Assembly: GCA_041641305.1 (NCBI GenBank)
Contig: JBEPYN010000002.1
Location: forward strand, 608,001-672,000
Direction: 5' to 3'
Source of the DNA: Nitrososphaerota archaeon
Lineage (GTDB): Archaea > Thermoproteota > Nitrososphaeria_A > Caldarchaeales > Caldarchaeaceae
Length of the DNA: 64,000 nucleotides
Each line of letters opens with the position of its first letter. Within the stretch, counting starts at the first letter, position 1. Below are positions 7,481 through 17,896 of the stretch, piece by piece. The position numbers were made by a program, and so were the translations under genes. The notes beneath the pieces are model-generated. The model was given only the letters and a program-made list of their open reading frames with translations. It had not been told where the DNA came from and ran no database searches.

Positions 7481-9493
7481 GTGATGGAGCCAATCCGTGA
7501 GACATACATCCTGTTGCCTCCGGGGACGGATCTCCTGATGTATCTTGTCCTCATGCCTTTCGCTGTGGTTTTTGTTTTTGGGGTTGTTTATCGGCTGAGG
7601 CGATTGGGTGCGAGGAGTGCGGATGAATTCTTGTCAAGTCTCTTGAAAGGAGTAGGGTACATGGTTAGGTATGGGTTGTTGCAGCGCAGAGTTGTCGCGG
7701 AGCATTTGGCGGGGGTTATGCATCTTCTGATATACACGGGTATCATCGCTCTCTTCATAGGCACTACACTTGTCTTCATAGACTATGACATTCTACGTGT
7801 TCTCGGTTTTCGTCTCCTCCGCGGAGATTTCTACATCGGTTTCGAGTTCGTGCTTGACGTGATGGGTGTGGCGTTTCTCTTCGGGTTAGCTCTTCTTATC
7901 TACAGGCGGTTCATCCTACATGAGAGGAGGCTTCGGAATAGACTGGAGTATTCCATGGCTTTGGCCGGGCTTCTTTTCATAGGGTTGTCGGGATATGTTT
8001 TGGAGGCGATCAGGCTAACGGTTGAGCCGAGGCCGTGGAGCGGATACAGCTTCGTCGGCAAAGCAGTGTCGACGGCCTTCTTTGTGAACCTGCCGACTGA
8101 GCCGCTCACTCTTCTTTATCAGGGGATCTGGTGGAGCCATGCAGTCGTGGCTTTTGCTATGGTTGCCGTGCTACCTTACTCACCTCTCGGACACGTTTTC
8201 TCCACTCTTCTCAACATCGCGGTCAACGCACCGCGTCAGCTCCCCCTAGGCAAGATGAAAACACCTTTCAGGTTAGACGAGCTTGACCCCTCGGCGGACA
8301 TCAAGCTGGGGTTCAGGAGTTTGGCGGAGCTTGGGTGGATGGAGAGGCTGGGGCTCGACGCCTGCACAGACTGCGGAAGATGTGAAGCCGCGTGCCCCGC
8401 GTATGCGGCCGGTACACCCTTGTCGCCCCGTGACATAGTGCAGAAGCTGCGGAGACAGCTTTGGAGAGGCAACGGCCTCGACGAGGATGTCTTCGCCTCG
8501 GGGTTGATTGACGAGGAGGAGATATGGGCATGCACCACCTGCTCAGCATGCATAGAGGCGTGCCCTGTGTTGATCAGGCCTATGGACTATATTCTTGAGA
8601 TGAGAAGGGCCCTCACTCTCGAGGGTAAGCTGGATAAACGCAAATCAGCGATGTTGACCAACCTTAGCAGATACGGTAACCCATACGGCTTTGACCAAAG
8701 CGAGAAACAGAAGTTTTTCGAGGAACTTGCCGAGATGGGTGTGCAAACCCTTGACGAGAAGCCTGACGCCGAATATATCTACTGGATTGGATGTGCCTCG
8801 ATATATGATGCACGAGGCCGTGAGATAGCCAAAAGCGTTGCAAAAATTTTGCTCAAAGCCGGTGTCTCATTCGCGGTTCTCGGCGTCGATGAAACATGCA
8901 CAGGCGACCCCGCCCGCCGCATAGGGGAAGAAGGCCGCTTCCAAGAACTGGCTCTACAGAACATCGATACGCTTAAGCAGAAATCAGTCAAGAAAATCAT
9001 AGTAAACTGTCCACACTGCTTCAACACTTTGAAGAAAGAGTATAGAGACTTTGGGCTCGAGCTGGAGGTGCGGCATCATTCACAGGTCATCGGCGAGCTG
9101 CTGAGAACAGGCAAAATCAAGCCATCAAGGCCTCTCTCAGAGAAGATAACTCTCCACGATTCATGCTACATCGGGAGGATGAACGATGTCTTCGAGGAGC
9201 CTCGGTTTGCTATAAAGGCTGTTAACGCGGGGGGAAGCTATGTTGAGATGGGTAAGAGCGGGCGTAAAAGCTTCTGCTGCGGTGCCGGGGGAAGCACCTA
9301 CTGGTATGAGGTGAGGAGAACTGATAGGGAGAGCAATATACGTCTGAGACAGGCTTTGGAGACAGGGGCCTCTGTGCTGGCCGTCGAATGCCCATACTGC
9401 ATGCAGATGTTCGCCGACGCAGCCCGTGTAACAGGAGTGGACCAGAGCCTCAAGATAAGGGATATAGCGGAGATCGTGGCCGAAAGCCTTTGA
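7481..9493 (+). CDS. Membrane-bound Fe-S oxidoreductase (NarI-like + 2x[4Fe-4S] + CCG domains; FadF/EtfD-like)
   Basis: N-terminal TM helices with His residues, CTDCGRCEAACP and CTTCSACIEACP, CCG motifs (CTG...CPHC; HDSC...CCGAGG...CPYC); directly upstream of etfB/etfA. Confidence 0.9.
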   Translation: MMEPIRETYILLPPGTDLLMYLVLMPFAVVFVFGVVYRLRRLGARSADEFLSSLLKGVGYMVRYGLLQRRVVAEHLAGVMHLLIYTGIIALFIGTTLVFIDYDILRVLGFRLLRGDFYIGFEFVLDVMGVAFLFGLALLIYRRFILHERRLRNRLEYSMALAGLLFIGLSGYVLEAIRLTVEPRPWSGYSFVGKAVSTAFFVNLPTEPLTLLYQGIWWSHAVVAFAMVAVLPYSPLGHVFSTLLNIAVNAPRQLPLGKMKTPFRLDELDPSADIKLGFRSLAELGWMERLGLDACTDCGRCEAACPAYAAGTPLSPRDIVQKLRRQLWRGNGLDEDVFASGLIDEEEIWACTTCSACIEACPVLIRPMDYILEMRRALTLEGKLDKRKSAMLTNLSRYGNPYGFDQSEKQKFFEELAEMGVQTLDEKPDAEYIYWIGCASIYDARGREIAKSVAKILLKAGVSFAVLGVDETCTGDPARRIGEEGRFQELALQNIDTLKQKSVKKIIVNCPHCFNTLKKEYRDFGLELEVRHHSQVIGELLRTGKIKPSRPLSEKITLHDSCYIGRMNDVFEEPRFAIKAVNAGGSYVEMGKSGRKSFCCGAGGSTYWYEVRRTDRESNIRLRQALETGASVLAVECPYCMQMFADAARVTGVDQSLKIRDIAEIVAESL

Positions 9494-9538
9494 AACACGT
9501 TTTTTAGATAGGCTCGTTCAAGATGTTTCCGAGAACCT

Positions 9539-10324
9539 ATGCCCGATATCGTTGTTTGCGTCAAGCAGACGGTTGACGTTTATCAGCTGAAGCCTCATCC
9601 CGAGACTCTAGCGCCCCAGCTTTCTCAGGCCCAGTGGAAGAACAGCGACTTCGACCTGAACGCGGTCGAGGAAGCCGTCCGCATCAAGGAGAAAAGTGGC
9701 GGAAAGGTCATCGTCGTCAGCGTGGGGCCCGAGGTTAAGCCGCTTCTGGTAAGAGAGTGTCTCGCCATGGGAGCAGATGAAGCCTACATTCTCTCAGACC
9801 CTGCTCTCGCTTCTGCTGACGGCGGGGCAACTGTCAAGGCCCTGGCAGCTGTCATAAAAACAGCTTCACCGAAATGGGACATGATACTATGTGGAGAAGC
9901 TTCTCTGGACCAGAATGCTTACCAGACGGGGCCGCGTCTCGCTGAGATATTCAACGTTCCACATGTTTCATATGTGAACAAGCTGGAGGTGGGCGATGGC
10001 GTGTTGAAGGCATGGAGGACTGTCGAAGACGGTGTGGAGGTTGTTTCATGCAGCTTGCCAGCCGTGGTCACGGTCGGGTTGGAAATCAACACCCCCCGGC
10101 TACCCAGCCTGTTGATGATTAGGGCTGCGCAGAAGAAGCCTCTCAAGGAGCTTTCACTCAACGATGTTGGGCTTACAAAAGACGACCTCAAGCCAAAAGC
10201 CGAGACACTCGAGATTAAGGCTATGAAGACCGAGAGAAGAAGACAGGTTTTCGAGGGAAAGATCGAGGAGTTGGCGGAAAAACTAGCGGAAACAATCATC
10301 TCACACGGTGGTGGAAGAAAATGA
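9539..10324 (+). CDS. etfB: Electron transfer flavoprotein beta subunit
   Basis: IVVCVKQ, DLNAVEEAVRIKE, LAMGADEA, INTPRLPSL. Confidence 0.95.
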   Translation: MPDIVVCVKQTVDVYQLKPHPETLAPQLSQAQWKNSDFDLNAVEEAVRIKEKSGGKVIVVSVGPEVKPLLVRECLAMGADEAYILSDPALASADGGATVKALAAVIKTASPKWDMILCGEASLDQNAYQTGPRLAEIFNVPHVSYVNKLEVGDGVLKAWRTVEDGVEVVSCSLPAVVTVGLEINTPRLPSLLMIRAAQKKPLKELSLNDVGLTKDDLKPKAETLEIKAMKTERRRQVFEGKIEELAEKLAETIISHGGGRK

Positions 10325-11262
10325 AGACACTTGTCATAGGAGAGAAACCGGAACAAGTCATCACAACAGCCAGCTACGCAAAATCACTCAACACAGCACA
10401 AGTCGTCGCAGCGGCCTTCAAACCCTTCACAGAAAACGAGCTGGAGATGCTCGGCGGAGCAGGAGCCGAAAAACTCATCCAACTACCCGAGAAATACCTG
10501 GCATCCGGTGCCGCGGCCTCTGCAGCAGTGTTGGCGGAGCTCGTGAAAAAACTTGATCCCGACCTTGTCCTAATCTATGCGTCGAAGAAAGGTGTCGAGA
10601 TATGTGGCCGTTTGGCGCAGCGGCTTGACATAGCCTATGCATCTGAGGCCTTCGCGGTTGAGAGGGGTGAGAAAGGGTTTGTGGCTAAACGGCTTGTGAT
10701 GGGAGGTGGCTACGTGGCCACTGTTTTGCTTAACAGTAGACCCGCCTTGGCTTCGGTGAAGATATCGACATCAGAGACATCTAGGGGGCCGAAGCCGGCT
10801 GTTGAGGAATTTGACCCTAATGTCGACGCTCCGGCTGTGAAGGTGTTGGAGACCATTAAGCCTGAGAAGACACGTGTGGACCTTGAGAAAGCTGCCTTGA
10901 TTGTGGCTGTTGGCCGAGGTTTCAAGAAAAAGGAGGATTTGTCGCTGGCGGAGGAGCTTGCAAAGGTGATTGGGGCGGAGATTGGGTGCAGCAGGCCTAT
11001 ATCTGGTGACCTCAAATGGCTTGAGGAGGAGCGGCACATAGGATTATCTGGAAAACGTGTGCGACCCACCCTCTACATAGCGCTTGGTATATCCGGTCAG
11101 GTGCAGCATCTCGTCGGAATGCGTGACAGCAAAACCGTCATAGCCGTCAACACAGACCCCAACGCACCCATGGCCTCCGAGTCAGACTACTACTTCGTCG
11201 CAGACCTCTACAAAATCCTCCCCCTCACCATAGAAATTCTCAAAAAGAAACTGGGCAGTTAA
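10321..11262 (+). CDS. etfA: Electron transfer flavoprotein alpha subunit
   Basis: VAVGRG, IGCSRP, IGLSGKRVRPTLYIALGISGQVQHLVGM, AVNTDPNAP. Confidence 0.96.
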   Translation: MKTLVIGEKPEQVITTASYAKSLNTAQVVAAAFKPFTENELEMLGGAGAEKLIQLPEKYLASGAAASAAVLAELVKKLDPDLVLIYASKKGVEICGRLAQRLDIAYASEAFAVERGEKGFVAKRLVMGGGYVATVLLNSRPALASVKISTSETSRGPKPAVEEFDPNVDAPAVKVLETIKPEKTRVDLEKAALIVAVGRGFKKKEDLSLAEELAKVIGAEIGCSRPISGDLKWLEEERHIGLSGKRVRPTLYIALGISGQVQHLVGMRDSKTVIAVNTDPNAPMASESDYYFVADLYKILPLTIEILKKKLGS

Positions 11263-11265
11263 AAC

Positions 11266-11874
11266 ATGCATTACCTAACAACAGTTCTCGCTAACCAGGA
11301 TCCCGGCGGACGCAGAGGCCTCATAAAAATAAACAAGAGGCCAATGATAGAGTATGTGCTCGACTCGGTGCCCGAAGACACAGACGAAATCGTCATCATG
11401 ACCCAGCAGTGTTCGCTGAACGAGTATAGGGACATAGCCGAGGATTATGGTGCGGAGCTGTGGGACGCTGGGCCAAAGGAGCTCGACATCCGTTTCCACC
11501 TCGAGAAGCTTTTCCGCGAGAAAACATGCGACTCTGTGGTCGCCCTCTCCTGCGACACACCTCTAATCAACAGAGAGGTGGTAATGTTTCTACGCGACGT
11601 TGTTACACGATTCTCCGCAGGCATACCGCGACCAGTTTTTGACAAGCCCGAGTTCACACCCGCCTCCTACCGCGTCAAACCATTTCTCCAAGCCATGGAG
11701 CAGTATCCAGAATTGAAGATGAACGAGCTTGTGAAGCATGTTGGAAACGTGCTATACATATCGCTTCAGAGCTTCAAAATCTTTGATGACAAGCTCCGTT
11801 TTCTCGTCAGGGTTCAAACGCAGTCGGATGCTAGGAGAGCTGCTCAGATTCTTCAGTCAGTTGAGGGTGAATAG
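11266..11874 (+). CDS. MobA-like NTP transferase family protein (divergent)
   Basis: GLIKINKRPMIEYVL and LSCDTPLI patterns of the MobA fold; the usual LAGG.S.RMG loop is degenerate. Confidence 0.65.
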   Translation: MHYLTTVLANQDPGGRRGLIKINKRPMIEYVLDSVPEDTDEIVIMTQQCSLNEYRDIAEDYGAELWDAGPKELDIRFHLEKLFREKTCDSVVALSCDTPLINREVVMFLRDVVTRFSAGIPRPVFDKPEFTPASYRVKPFLQAMEQYPELKMNELVKHVGNVLYISLQSFKIFDDKLRFLVRVQTQSDARRAAQILQSVEGE

Positions 11875-11876
11875 GT

Positions 11877-12857
11877 TTGCTTCCGCTTGGTAAGCTTCCT
11901 GAGAAGATTTTGAAAGATGTTGTGCTACGTAGAGTGGGTGCGAGGCGGAGAGATGTAATTCTCTGGCCAAGTTTCGGAGAAGACGCGGGAGCCGTCAAGA
12001 CATCTAACGATGTCTACATAGTCTCGATGGACCCAATAACGGGTTCGAAGAGCTTCGTCGGCTGGCTTGCTGTCCACGCCTCGGCTAACGATGTCGCGGT
12101 ATGCGGTGGAAGACCTCAGTGGTTCTCCTCAACCATACTCTTGCCAAAAGGGTACACACCAGCCGACCTTAAGAAAATCGTTGACCAGATACATCTCGCC
12201 TGTAGAAGGATGGATGTGGCTGTTGTGACAGGGCACTCGGAGGTAGCGCCCTTCTTATCCTCGCCAGTAGTCATTGGACACATGACTGGTAAACTGGTCG
12301 CACCAAAACCCGTCACCACGCGTGGAGCAAAACCGGGAGACGAAATTCTATTGGTAAAGCCTCCGGGGCTTGAGGGAGCAGCAATAATTTCCGCGGACTA
12401 TGCTGATCTGCTTCGGCGTAAGGGATTTACGGAGAGGGAGGTGAGGGTAGGGGCCATGCTCATTAAGAAGACCTCGGTCGTAGAGGAGGCTTTGTCCCTT
12501 GCCTCGACAGGTGTAAACTGTATGCATGACCCGACTGAGGGAGGCCTTCTCGGCGGACTGTATGAAGTGGCTGAAGCCGCCAACGTTGGCTTCGAAATTG
12601 AAAGGTCAAGGGTCCCGATGCATCCACTTGTGCAACGTATCTGCGAAAAAATGGATATCGACCCTCTCAGGCTAATAAGCTCCGGAACCCTTATTGCAAC
12701 AGCGCCACGCTTCAGTAGCAGAGTGTTGGCAAAGGTAGGTGGAAGAATTATCGGGAAAATACTTCCCCGCAGAGAGGGTATGAGGGTAATCGAGGACGAC
12801 CGCGAGGAGAAAATCAAGGGCCCCATACAGGACGAGCTGTGGAGAATCATCTCCTAA
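11877..12857 (+). CDS. AIR synthase-related (HypE/PurM/ThiL superfamily) protein
   Basis: LGKLP, GEDAGAV, DPITG, ANDVAVCG, TGHSEV, MHDPTEGG, ISSGTL. Confidence 0.88.
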   Translation: MLPLGKLPEKILKDVVLRRVGARRRDVILWPSFGEDAGAVKTSNDVYIVSMDPITGSKSFVGWLAVHASANDVAVCGGRPQWFSSTILLPKGYTPADLKKIVDQIHLACRRMDVAVVTGHSEVAPFLSSPVVIGHMTGKLVAPKPVTTRGAKPGDEILLVKPPGLEGAAIISADYADLLRRKGFTEREVRVGAMLIKKTSVVEEALSLASTGVNCMHDPTEGGLLGGLYEVAEAANVGFEIERSRVPMHPLVQRICEKMDIDPLRLISSGTLIATAPRFSSRVLAKVGGRIIGKILPRREGMRVIEDDREEKIKGPIQDELWRIIS

Positions 12858-12894
12858 CCCTACCTTTAAACCTGACCAGAAACACTACTAGGGC

Positions 12895-13404
12895 ATGGAT
12901 GTGTTTGAAGCGATAAGAACCAGGCTGGAGATAAGAGAATTCGCCGACAAACCGGTTCCACGCGAAGTCTTGAAGGAGATTCTCGAGGCGGCGAGGCTTT
13001 CGCCGAGCGGGCGTAACACCCAGCACTGGCGTTTTATCGTTGTTGAGGGAGCGGATGAGCTAAAGAAGTTGGCTGAGATGAGCACTACTGGTAAATGGGT
13101 TGAAAACGCTGCGCTCGCGATAATTGTTCTCACCTCTCCATCGTATCCGTGGCATTTGTTTGACGCCGGAAGGGCAGTCACCCACATGCAGCTCGCGGCA
13201 TGGAACAGGTCTGTCGGCTCACGCATATACACAGGCTACGACGAACAAGCCATGCGCAGAAAATATGGAATCCCGCCAGAATATCACATAGCTTGCGTCA
13301 TAGGATTCGGCTACCCGAAGCGGAAAATAATTGGCCGTAAAAACAGGCAGCCTATCGAGGCTCTTGCCTTCAGCGGCAAGATGGGCAACCCACTTAAACT
13401 ATAG
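12895..13404 (+). CDS. Nitroreductase family protein
   Basis: AIRTRLEIREF, ILEAARLSPSGRNTQHWRFIVV, IGFGYP. Confidence 0.93.
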   Translation: MDVFEAIRTRLEIREFADKPVPREVLKEILEAARLSPSGRNTQHWRFIVVEGADELKKLAEMSTTGKWVENAALAIIVLTSPSYPWHLFDAGRAVTHMQLAAWNRSVGSRIYTGYDEQAMRRKYGIPPEYHIACVIGFGYPKRKIIGRKNRQPIEALAFSGKMGNPLKL

Positions 13405-13406
13405 AC

Positions 13407-13901
13407 TCAGCGGATTGCGTCTAAACCAATCCTCGACAACGCCGTTGACCGAGCCGACCCCTCAACATACTCGCTAGTCAATTCTATCTCCTCAAGCCAC
13501 TTGATACTCTGGTAACACATTTGACTCGCGAATACAAGCCTGAGGGGGCCGCCGTGCTCGGCGGGGATTTCTTTTCCACGATAACGGTAAGCCACAACCA
13601 TCTCCCTTGCTTCTGGAAGTGGAAAACACTCATAATAATGGCCTGACTTGAAGACAGCATACCGTGCATCGGGCAGAACCCCCGCCACCTCGAGGAGAGA
13701 AGCCACTTTAACCCCCTGCCACTCGGTATCTGGCACAACCCACCCCTCGAGACACTTAAAGTCAAAACTCAAGGATACTGGAGGAAGACGCATAAGCTCG
13801 TCAAGCGAAATCTGTACAGTTCTCACTACTTTGCCGCAGATACGGAGAAACTCTCTCCCTTTCCGTTGAGTTGGGAAAGTCGGCAGGTCGTTCAGAATCA
13901 T
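13407..13901 (-). CDS. Molybdopterin-binding oxidoreductase (sulfite oxidase-like domain)
   Basis: DFKCLEGW (Mo-ligand Cys), WQGV, EHGGPLRLV, SIKWLEEIEL. Confidence 0.88.
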   Translation of the reverse strand: MILNDLPTFPTQRKGREFLRICGKVVRTVQISLDELMRLPPVSLSFDFKCLEGWVVPDTEWQGVKVASLLEVAGVLPDARYAVFKSGHYYECFPLPEAREMVVAYRYRGKEIPAEHGGPLRLVFASQMCYQSIKWLEEIELTSEYVEGSARSTALSRIGLDAIR

Positions 13902-13992
13902 GTCTAAACACCCCCGGCAACTGATTTAACTTTTTATCCGCAACCTTTAAAGAGCGAAGGCCTCTGACAGTCTTTCAGGCAGGCTGGAAACC

Positions 13993-16900
13993 ATGACCAC
14001 GCCATCGCTTTCCAAGAGATACGACCCGTTGGCGGTTGAGAAAAGTGTTTCAGAGCTTTGGAAAAAGCTGAACATAGTGGGTAAAGTTCTCGAGGCTAAC
14101 AGTGATGGGCCTCTTTTCTCTTTTCTAGAGGGGCCGCCGACCGTCAACGGATACATGCACATAGGCCACACAAGAGGCCGCGTCTACAAGGACATCGTCC
14201 TCCGATACAAAACCATGAGGGGCTACAATGTCTGGCGACGAGGTGGATGGGACTGCCAGGGGCTGCCCACCGAGATAGAGGTGGAGAAAAGGCTCGGCAT
14301 ATCCAGCAAAAGAGACATCGAGAAAATAGGTCTCGAGAGGTTTGTTGAAGAGGCCAACAAAGTGGTTAACCACTACCTCAGCCACTGGAGAAGGGCGAGC
14401 GAGAGACTGGGGCTTTGGCTGGACTATGATAGAGCATATGAGACCCGGCGGGATGAATACATGGAGCATGTGTGGCATCTGTTGAAGAAAGCTCATGAAG
14501 AAGGGGATCTTGTGGAGAGCCTAAGGGTTGTACCTACTTGTCCACACTGCGAAACAGCGCTGTCGCAGCATGAGATGGCGCAGGGATACGAGGAGGTCTC
14601 CGACCCATCCATATACGTTAAAATGCCTCTCGACGAAGGAGGCTCTGTAATAATCTGGACAACCACTCCGTGGACGCTGCCGGGCAACGAAGCAGTGGCC
14701 GTAAAACCCGACGCCACATACCTTGAGCTCGAAGTTGGGGAAGAAAGATGGTATGTAGCGGAAAACCTTCTACAAGCCTTCACCGAGGCAACCCAGACAA
14801 AAAACGTGAAGATTATTCGAAGGGTTTCCGGTAGCTCGCTTGTCGGAAAAACATACCGCCACCCGCTTCTGGACAAAGTATCAGCTCATAGAGACCACAG
14901 ACACGTGATAGTGGCCTCCGAACACGTATCTCTCGAGGAGGGCACAGGATTTGTGCACATCGCCCCGGGCCACGGACCCGAGGACTATGAAATAGGTGTT
15001 AAAAACGGGTTAAACATCTTTTGCCCAGTCACAACATCTGGAGTATTCACATCCGAGGCCGGCGAGTACGCCGGGCTTTCGGTCTGGGAGGGCTCTGAGA
15101 AAATCATTCAAGATTTGGATGAGAAAAATCTGCTGGTGAAGCGGACTGAGATTGTTCACAGCTATCCGCACTGCTGGAGATGCGGAAGCAAGCTAATCTA
15201 CCTAGCGAGCGTGCAGTGGTTTCTCCGGGTCGACCGTATAAAGCAGCGCATGGTTGAGGAGAACAGGTCTGTGAAATGGTGGCCTGAATGGGCTGGTTCA
15301 AACCGTTTCGGCGACTGGCTTTTGAATGCCCAGGACTGGTGCATAAGCCGCAGCAAAATATGGGGTACACCGCTGAATGTTTGGAGATGCGAGTCATGCG
15401 GCGAGAAACGTGTCGTGGGCTCGCGGGCTGAGCTTGAGGAAGCTGTCGAAAAACCACCTGTCAAACGGCTTCACAGGCCTTGGGTGGATCAATATGTCTT
15501 CAAATGCGGCAAATGCGGAGGAATGATGAAACGTGTTCCCTTTGTCCTCGACACTTGGATTGACTCGGGCGTAGCCTTCTACGCAAGCATCGACGCTCTC
15601 CGTAACACCGAGTTGTTCAAAAAACTTTTCCCATATGATTTCATCACCGAGGCCATAGACCAAACCAGAGGATGGTTCTACACTCTCTTGTTCACATCCA
15701 CCCTCCTTACAGGAAAAGCCCCGTTCAAATCTGTGCTCAACCAAGGTCATGTTCTTGACGAGTTCGGCAAGAAAATGTCCAAGTCCCGTGGCAACGTCAT
15801 ATGGGCTGAAGACGCCTTCAACACCTATGGAGTAGACCCTCTGAGAATCTATCTCGTGAGCAAGGCTGAGCCTTGGAGCACAATAAACTTCGTCCCATCA
15901 GAGGTGAGCGAAACAGCCGAGGACCTGAACATACTGTGGAACATTTTCGCCTTCACCTCAACATACCAGCAGCTCGATAAATTCGACCCACAGAAACACA
16001 AGTTGACCAGCTACCTGCATCTCCTAAGGCCCGAAGACAGGTGGATACTGTCACGGGTTAACGACCTCGTCGCCAAAGTCACAAACTATCTAGAGGAAAT
16101 GGAGATACACAGAGCCGTGAGAGAGATCATGGCCTTCATCGTCGACGACCTCAGCAGAACATATCTCCGGTCTGTGAGGAGGCTCGCATGGACCGAGGCC
16201 GAGACGCCGGAGAAGATGGCTGCCTACGCCTGTCTCGACTACGTGTTGAGAAAGACTCTATTACTTCTAGCCCCATTCGCCCCCTACACCGCCGATATCC
16301 TCTACCAGCTTCAGAAAACCGATGCCGACAAGGAGAGCATACACCTCGAGAAATGGCCCAAGGTGGACACAGAGTTCTACTCGCCGAAAATCATAGAGCA
16401 GATGAATATTGTCAAAGAGGTTTTGACAGCGGTTCTGGCGGCGCGGCAGAAAGGTGGTCGAAAGCTCCGTTCACCTGTCGCACGCGTAGTGGTTGCTGCA
16501 AAGACGGAGGATTGCTTGGAGGCGCTGGAGGAGTTTCACTCGTTTGTCAAGGAGACCGTAAACACAGAGGTTTTAGAGGTTTTGCCTCCCGGGAAAGAGT
16601 TTACCGAGCTCGAGTGGATCGTAGAGGCAGACCTATCTCGTCTTGGGCCCTTGCTGGGTAAAAAACTTCCTGAACTACTCGCATACCTCAAACAAGCAGA
16701 CGGTGCAGCATTAAAACAAGAACTCGATATTGAAAAAGGCCTTCGTATCAAATTCTCGGACATGGAGAGGTTTCTGCCCGCCGAGCTCTTCAAAGTCCAG
16801 GCCAAAACATCATCCAGCTACTCAAGCGTCGACACTTCTGTGGCCACTGTATATGTTGATTTGAGGGTGTCGCGGGAGCTGGAGGCGGTGTCTGCGGCCC

Positions 16901-17184
16901 GTGAACTCATACGCCGCATCCAAGTCATGAGGAAGGAAGCCAACCTCGACATCTTGGAGAAAATAGAATGCATGGTTCAGCTTGACGACCAAGCTTTCAG
17001 AGACCTGTTGACCGAGAAGAAGAACTATATCGAGACAGAAACCCGTTCAACAATAGTTTTCACAGACACGGGTACATCCATTCCCAAAGGATTTATCACG
17101 AGGTCATGGGATGTTGACGGTGTAAACGTGATAATAGGGTTTAGACGATTGGCCGATAACGTTTATAATATGCCGGCCAGGTGA
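13993..17184 (+). CDS. ileS: Isoleucine--tRNA ligase
   Basis: EGPPTVNGYMHIGH, GWDCQGLP, WTTTPWTLPGN, DWCISR, DQTRGWF, KMSKS. Confidence 0.97.
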   Translation: MTTPSLSKRYDPLAVEKSVSELWKKLNIVGKVLEANSDGPLFSFLEGPPTVNGYMHIGHTRGRVYKDIVLRYKTMRGYNVWRRGGWDCQGLPTEIEVEKRLGISSKRDIEKIGLERFVEEANKVVNHYLSHWRRASERLGLWLDYDRAYETRRDEYMEHVWHLLKKAHEEGDLVESLRVVPTCPHCETALSQHEMAQGYEEVSDPSIYVKMPLDEGGSVIIWTTTPWTLPGNEAVAVKPDATYLELEVGEERWYVAENLLQAFTEATQTKNVKIIRRVSGSSLVGKTYRHPLLDKVSAHRDHRHVIVASEHVSLEEGTGFVHIAPGHGPEDYEIGVKNGLNIFCPVTTSGVFTSEAGEYAGLSVWEGSEKIIQDLDEKNLLVKRTEIVHSYPHCWRCGSKLIYLASVQWFLRVDRIKQRMVEENRSVKWWPEWAGSNRFGDWLLNAQDWCISRSKIWGTPLNVWRCESCGEKRVVGSRAELEEAVEKPPVKRLHRPWVDQYVFKCGKCGGMMKRVPFVLDTWIDSGVAFYASIDALRNTELFKKLFPYDFITEAIDQTRGWFYTLLFTSTLLTGKAPFKSVLNQGHVLDEFGKKMSKSRGNVIWAEDAFNTYGVDPLRIYLVSKAEPWSTINFVPSEVSETAEDLNILWNIFAFTSTYQQLDKFDPQKHKLTSYLHLLRPEDRWILSRVNDLVAKVTNYLEEMEIHRAVREIMAFIVDDLSRTYLRSVRRLAWTEAETPEKMAAYACLDYVLRKTLLLLAPFAPYTADILYQLQKTDADKESIHLEKWPKVDTEFYSPKIIEQMNIVKEVLTAVLAARQKGGRKLRSPVARVVVAAKTEDCLEALEEFHSFVKETVNTEVLEVLPPGKEFTELEWIVEADLSRLGPLLGKKLPELLAYLKQADGAALKQELDIEKGLRIKFSDMERFLPAELFKVQAKTSSSYSSVDTSVATVYVDLRVSRELEAVSAARELIRRIQVMRKEANLDILEKIECMVQLDDQAFRDLLTEKKNYIETETRSTIVFTDTGTSIPKGFITRSWDVDGVNVIIGFRRLADNVYNMPAR

Positions 17185-17191
17185 TGACGCG

Positions 17192-17854
17192 ATGGTCAAT
17201 CCGAGACTCGGCATCATATTGGGTGCGGCGGGCGTAGCGATAGTTCTCCTCCCATTACTTGTCCTTTTCGTCACAGGCGGATATGATTCACCTATTCAAA
17301 GGTTCTATGACGCGCCCCTGGCGCCGGGTCTGCCTATGGGGATTTTGGTGTCTGCTGCGGGAGCAGCACTAACAGCCGTCGGGTTACTTTTATTCATAAA
17401 AGGTATGAGAGAGGGCCCCGCGTACCCTGCGGCGACACCAGCCATACGTAGACCCTTTTCTCGACACCGTGAGGAAAACAGAGAACTCGAGCAGATAGAG
17501 CGGGAGATTTCAAACCTGATTGACAGCCAGCCCGCGATGGAGATTAGAACGGTTCAACGTCCTCCGCCTAAACGGGCCCCGGTCAGGCAAAAACCCGCGG
17601 CAGTTGAGGCGAAGCAAAAGGAGGAGGGTATTGTCGTGGTGACGAGAGGTGTTGACATGGTTTGTCAATCCTGTGGAGCTGTTAACCCGCTTGGCTCAAG
17701 GGTGTGCGCATCATGCGGCGGCCAGCTCTATCAGCCCGATGAAAAAGCCCAGCCCTGCCCCGTATGCGGTGCACCACTCGATGAAACATACAAGATAGGG
17801 GAAAACCTAGTCTGCAAAATTTGTTTCAGCGAACTCAAACTAAACGCAAGTTAA
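17192..17854 (+). CDS. Membrane protein with two N-terminal TM helices and C-terminal zinc ribbons
   Basis: Two hydrophobic helices, charged linker, four CxxC pairs (CQSC, CASC, CPVC, CKIC). Confidence 0.75.
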   Translation: MVNPRLGIILGAAGVAIVLLPLLVLFVTGGYDSPIQRFYDAPLAPGLPMGILVSAAGAALTAVGLLLFIKGMREGPAYPAATPAIRRPFSRHREENRELEQIEREISNLIDSQPAMEIRTVQRPPPKRAPVRQKPAAVEAKQKEEGIVVVTRGVDMVCQSCGAVNPLGSRVCASCGGQLYQPDEKAQPCPVCGAPLDETYKIGENLVCKICFSELKLNAS

Positions 17855-17896
17855 AATATGTCTAATGAGATTGTTTAGTTAACCGGTGTTTGGTTC

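Noticed and set aside
7481-9493. Methanogenic heterodisulfide reductase
   Set aside because: Context is etfBA; no methanogenesis genes in the window.
11877-12857. Hydrogenase maturation factor HypE
   Set aside because: No C-terminal PRIC cysteine (ends DELWRIIS) and no hyp genes nearby.
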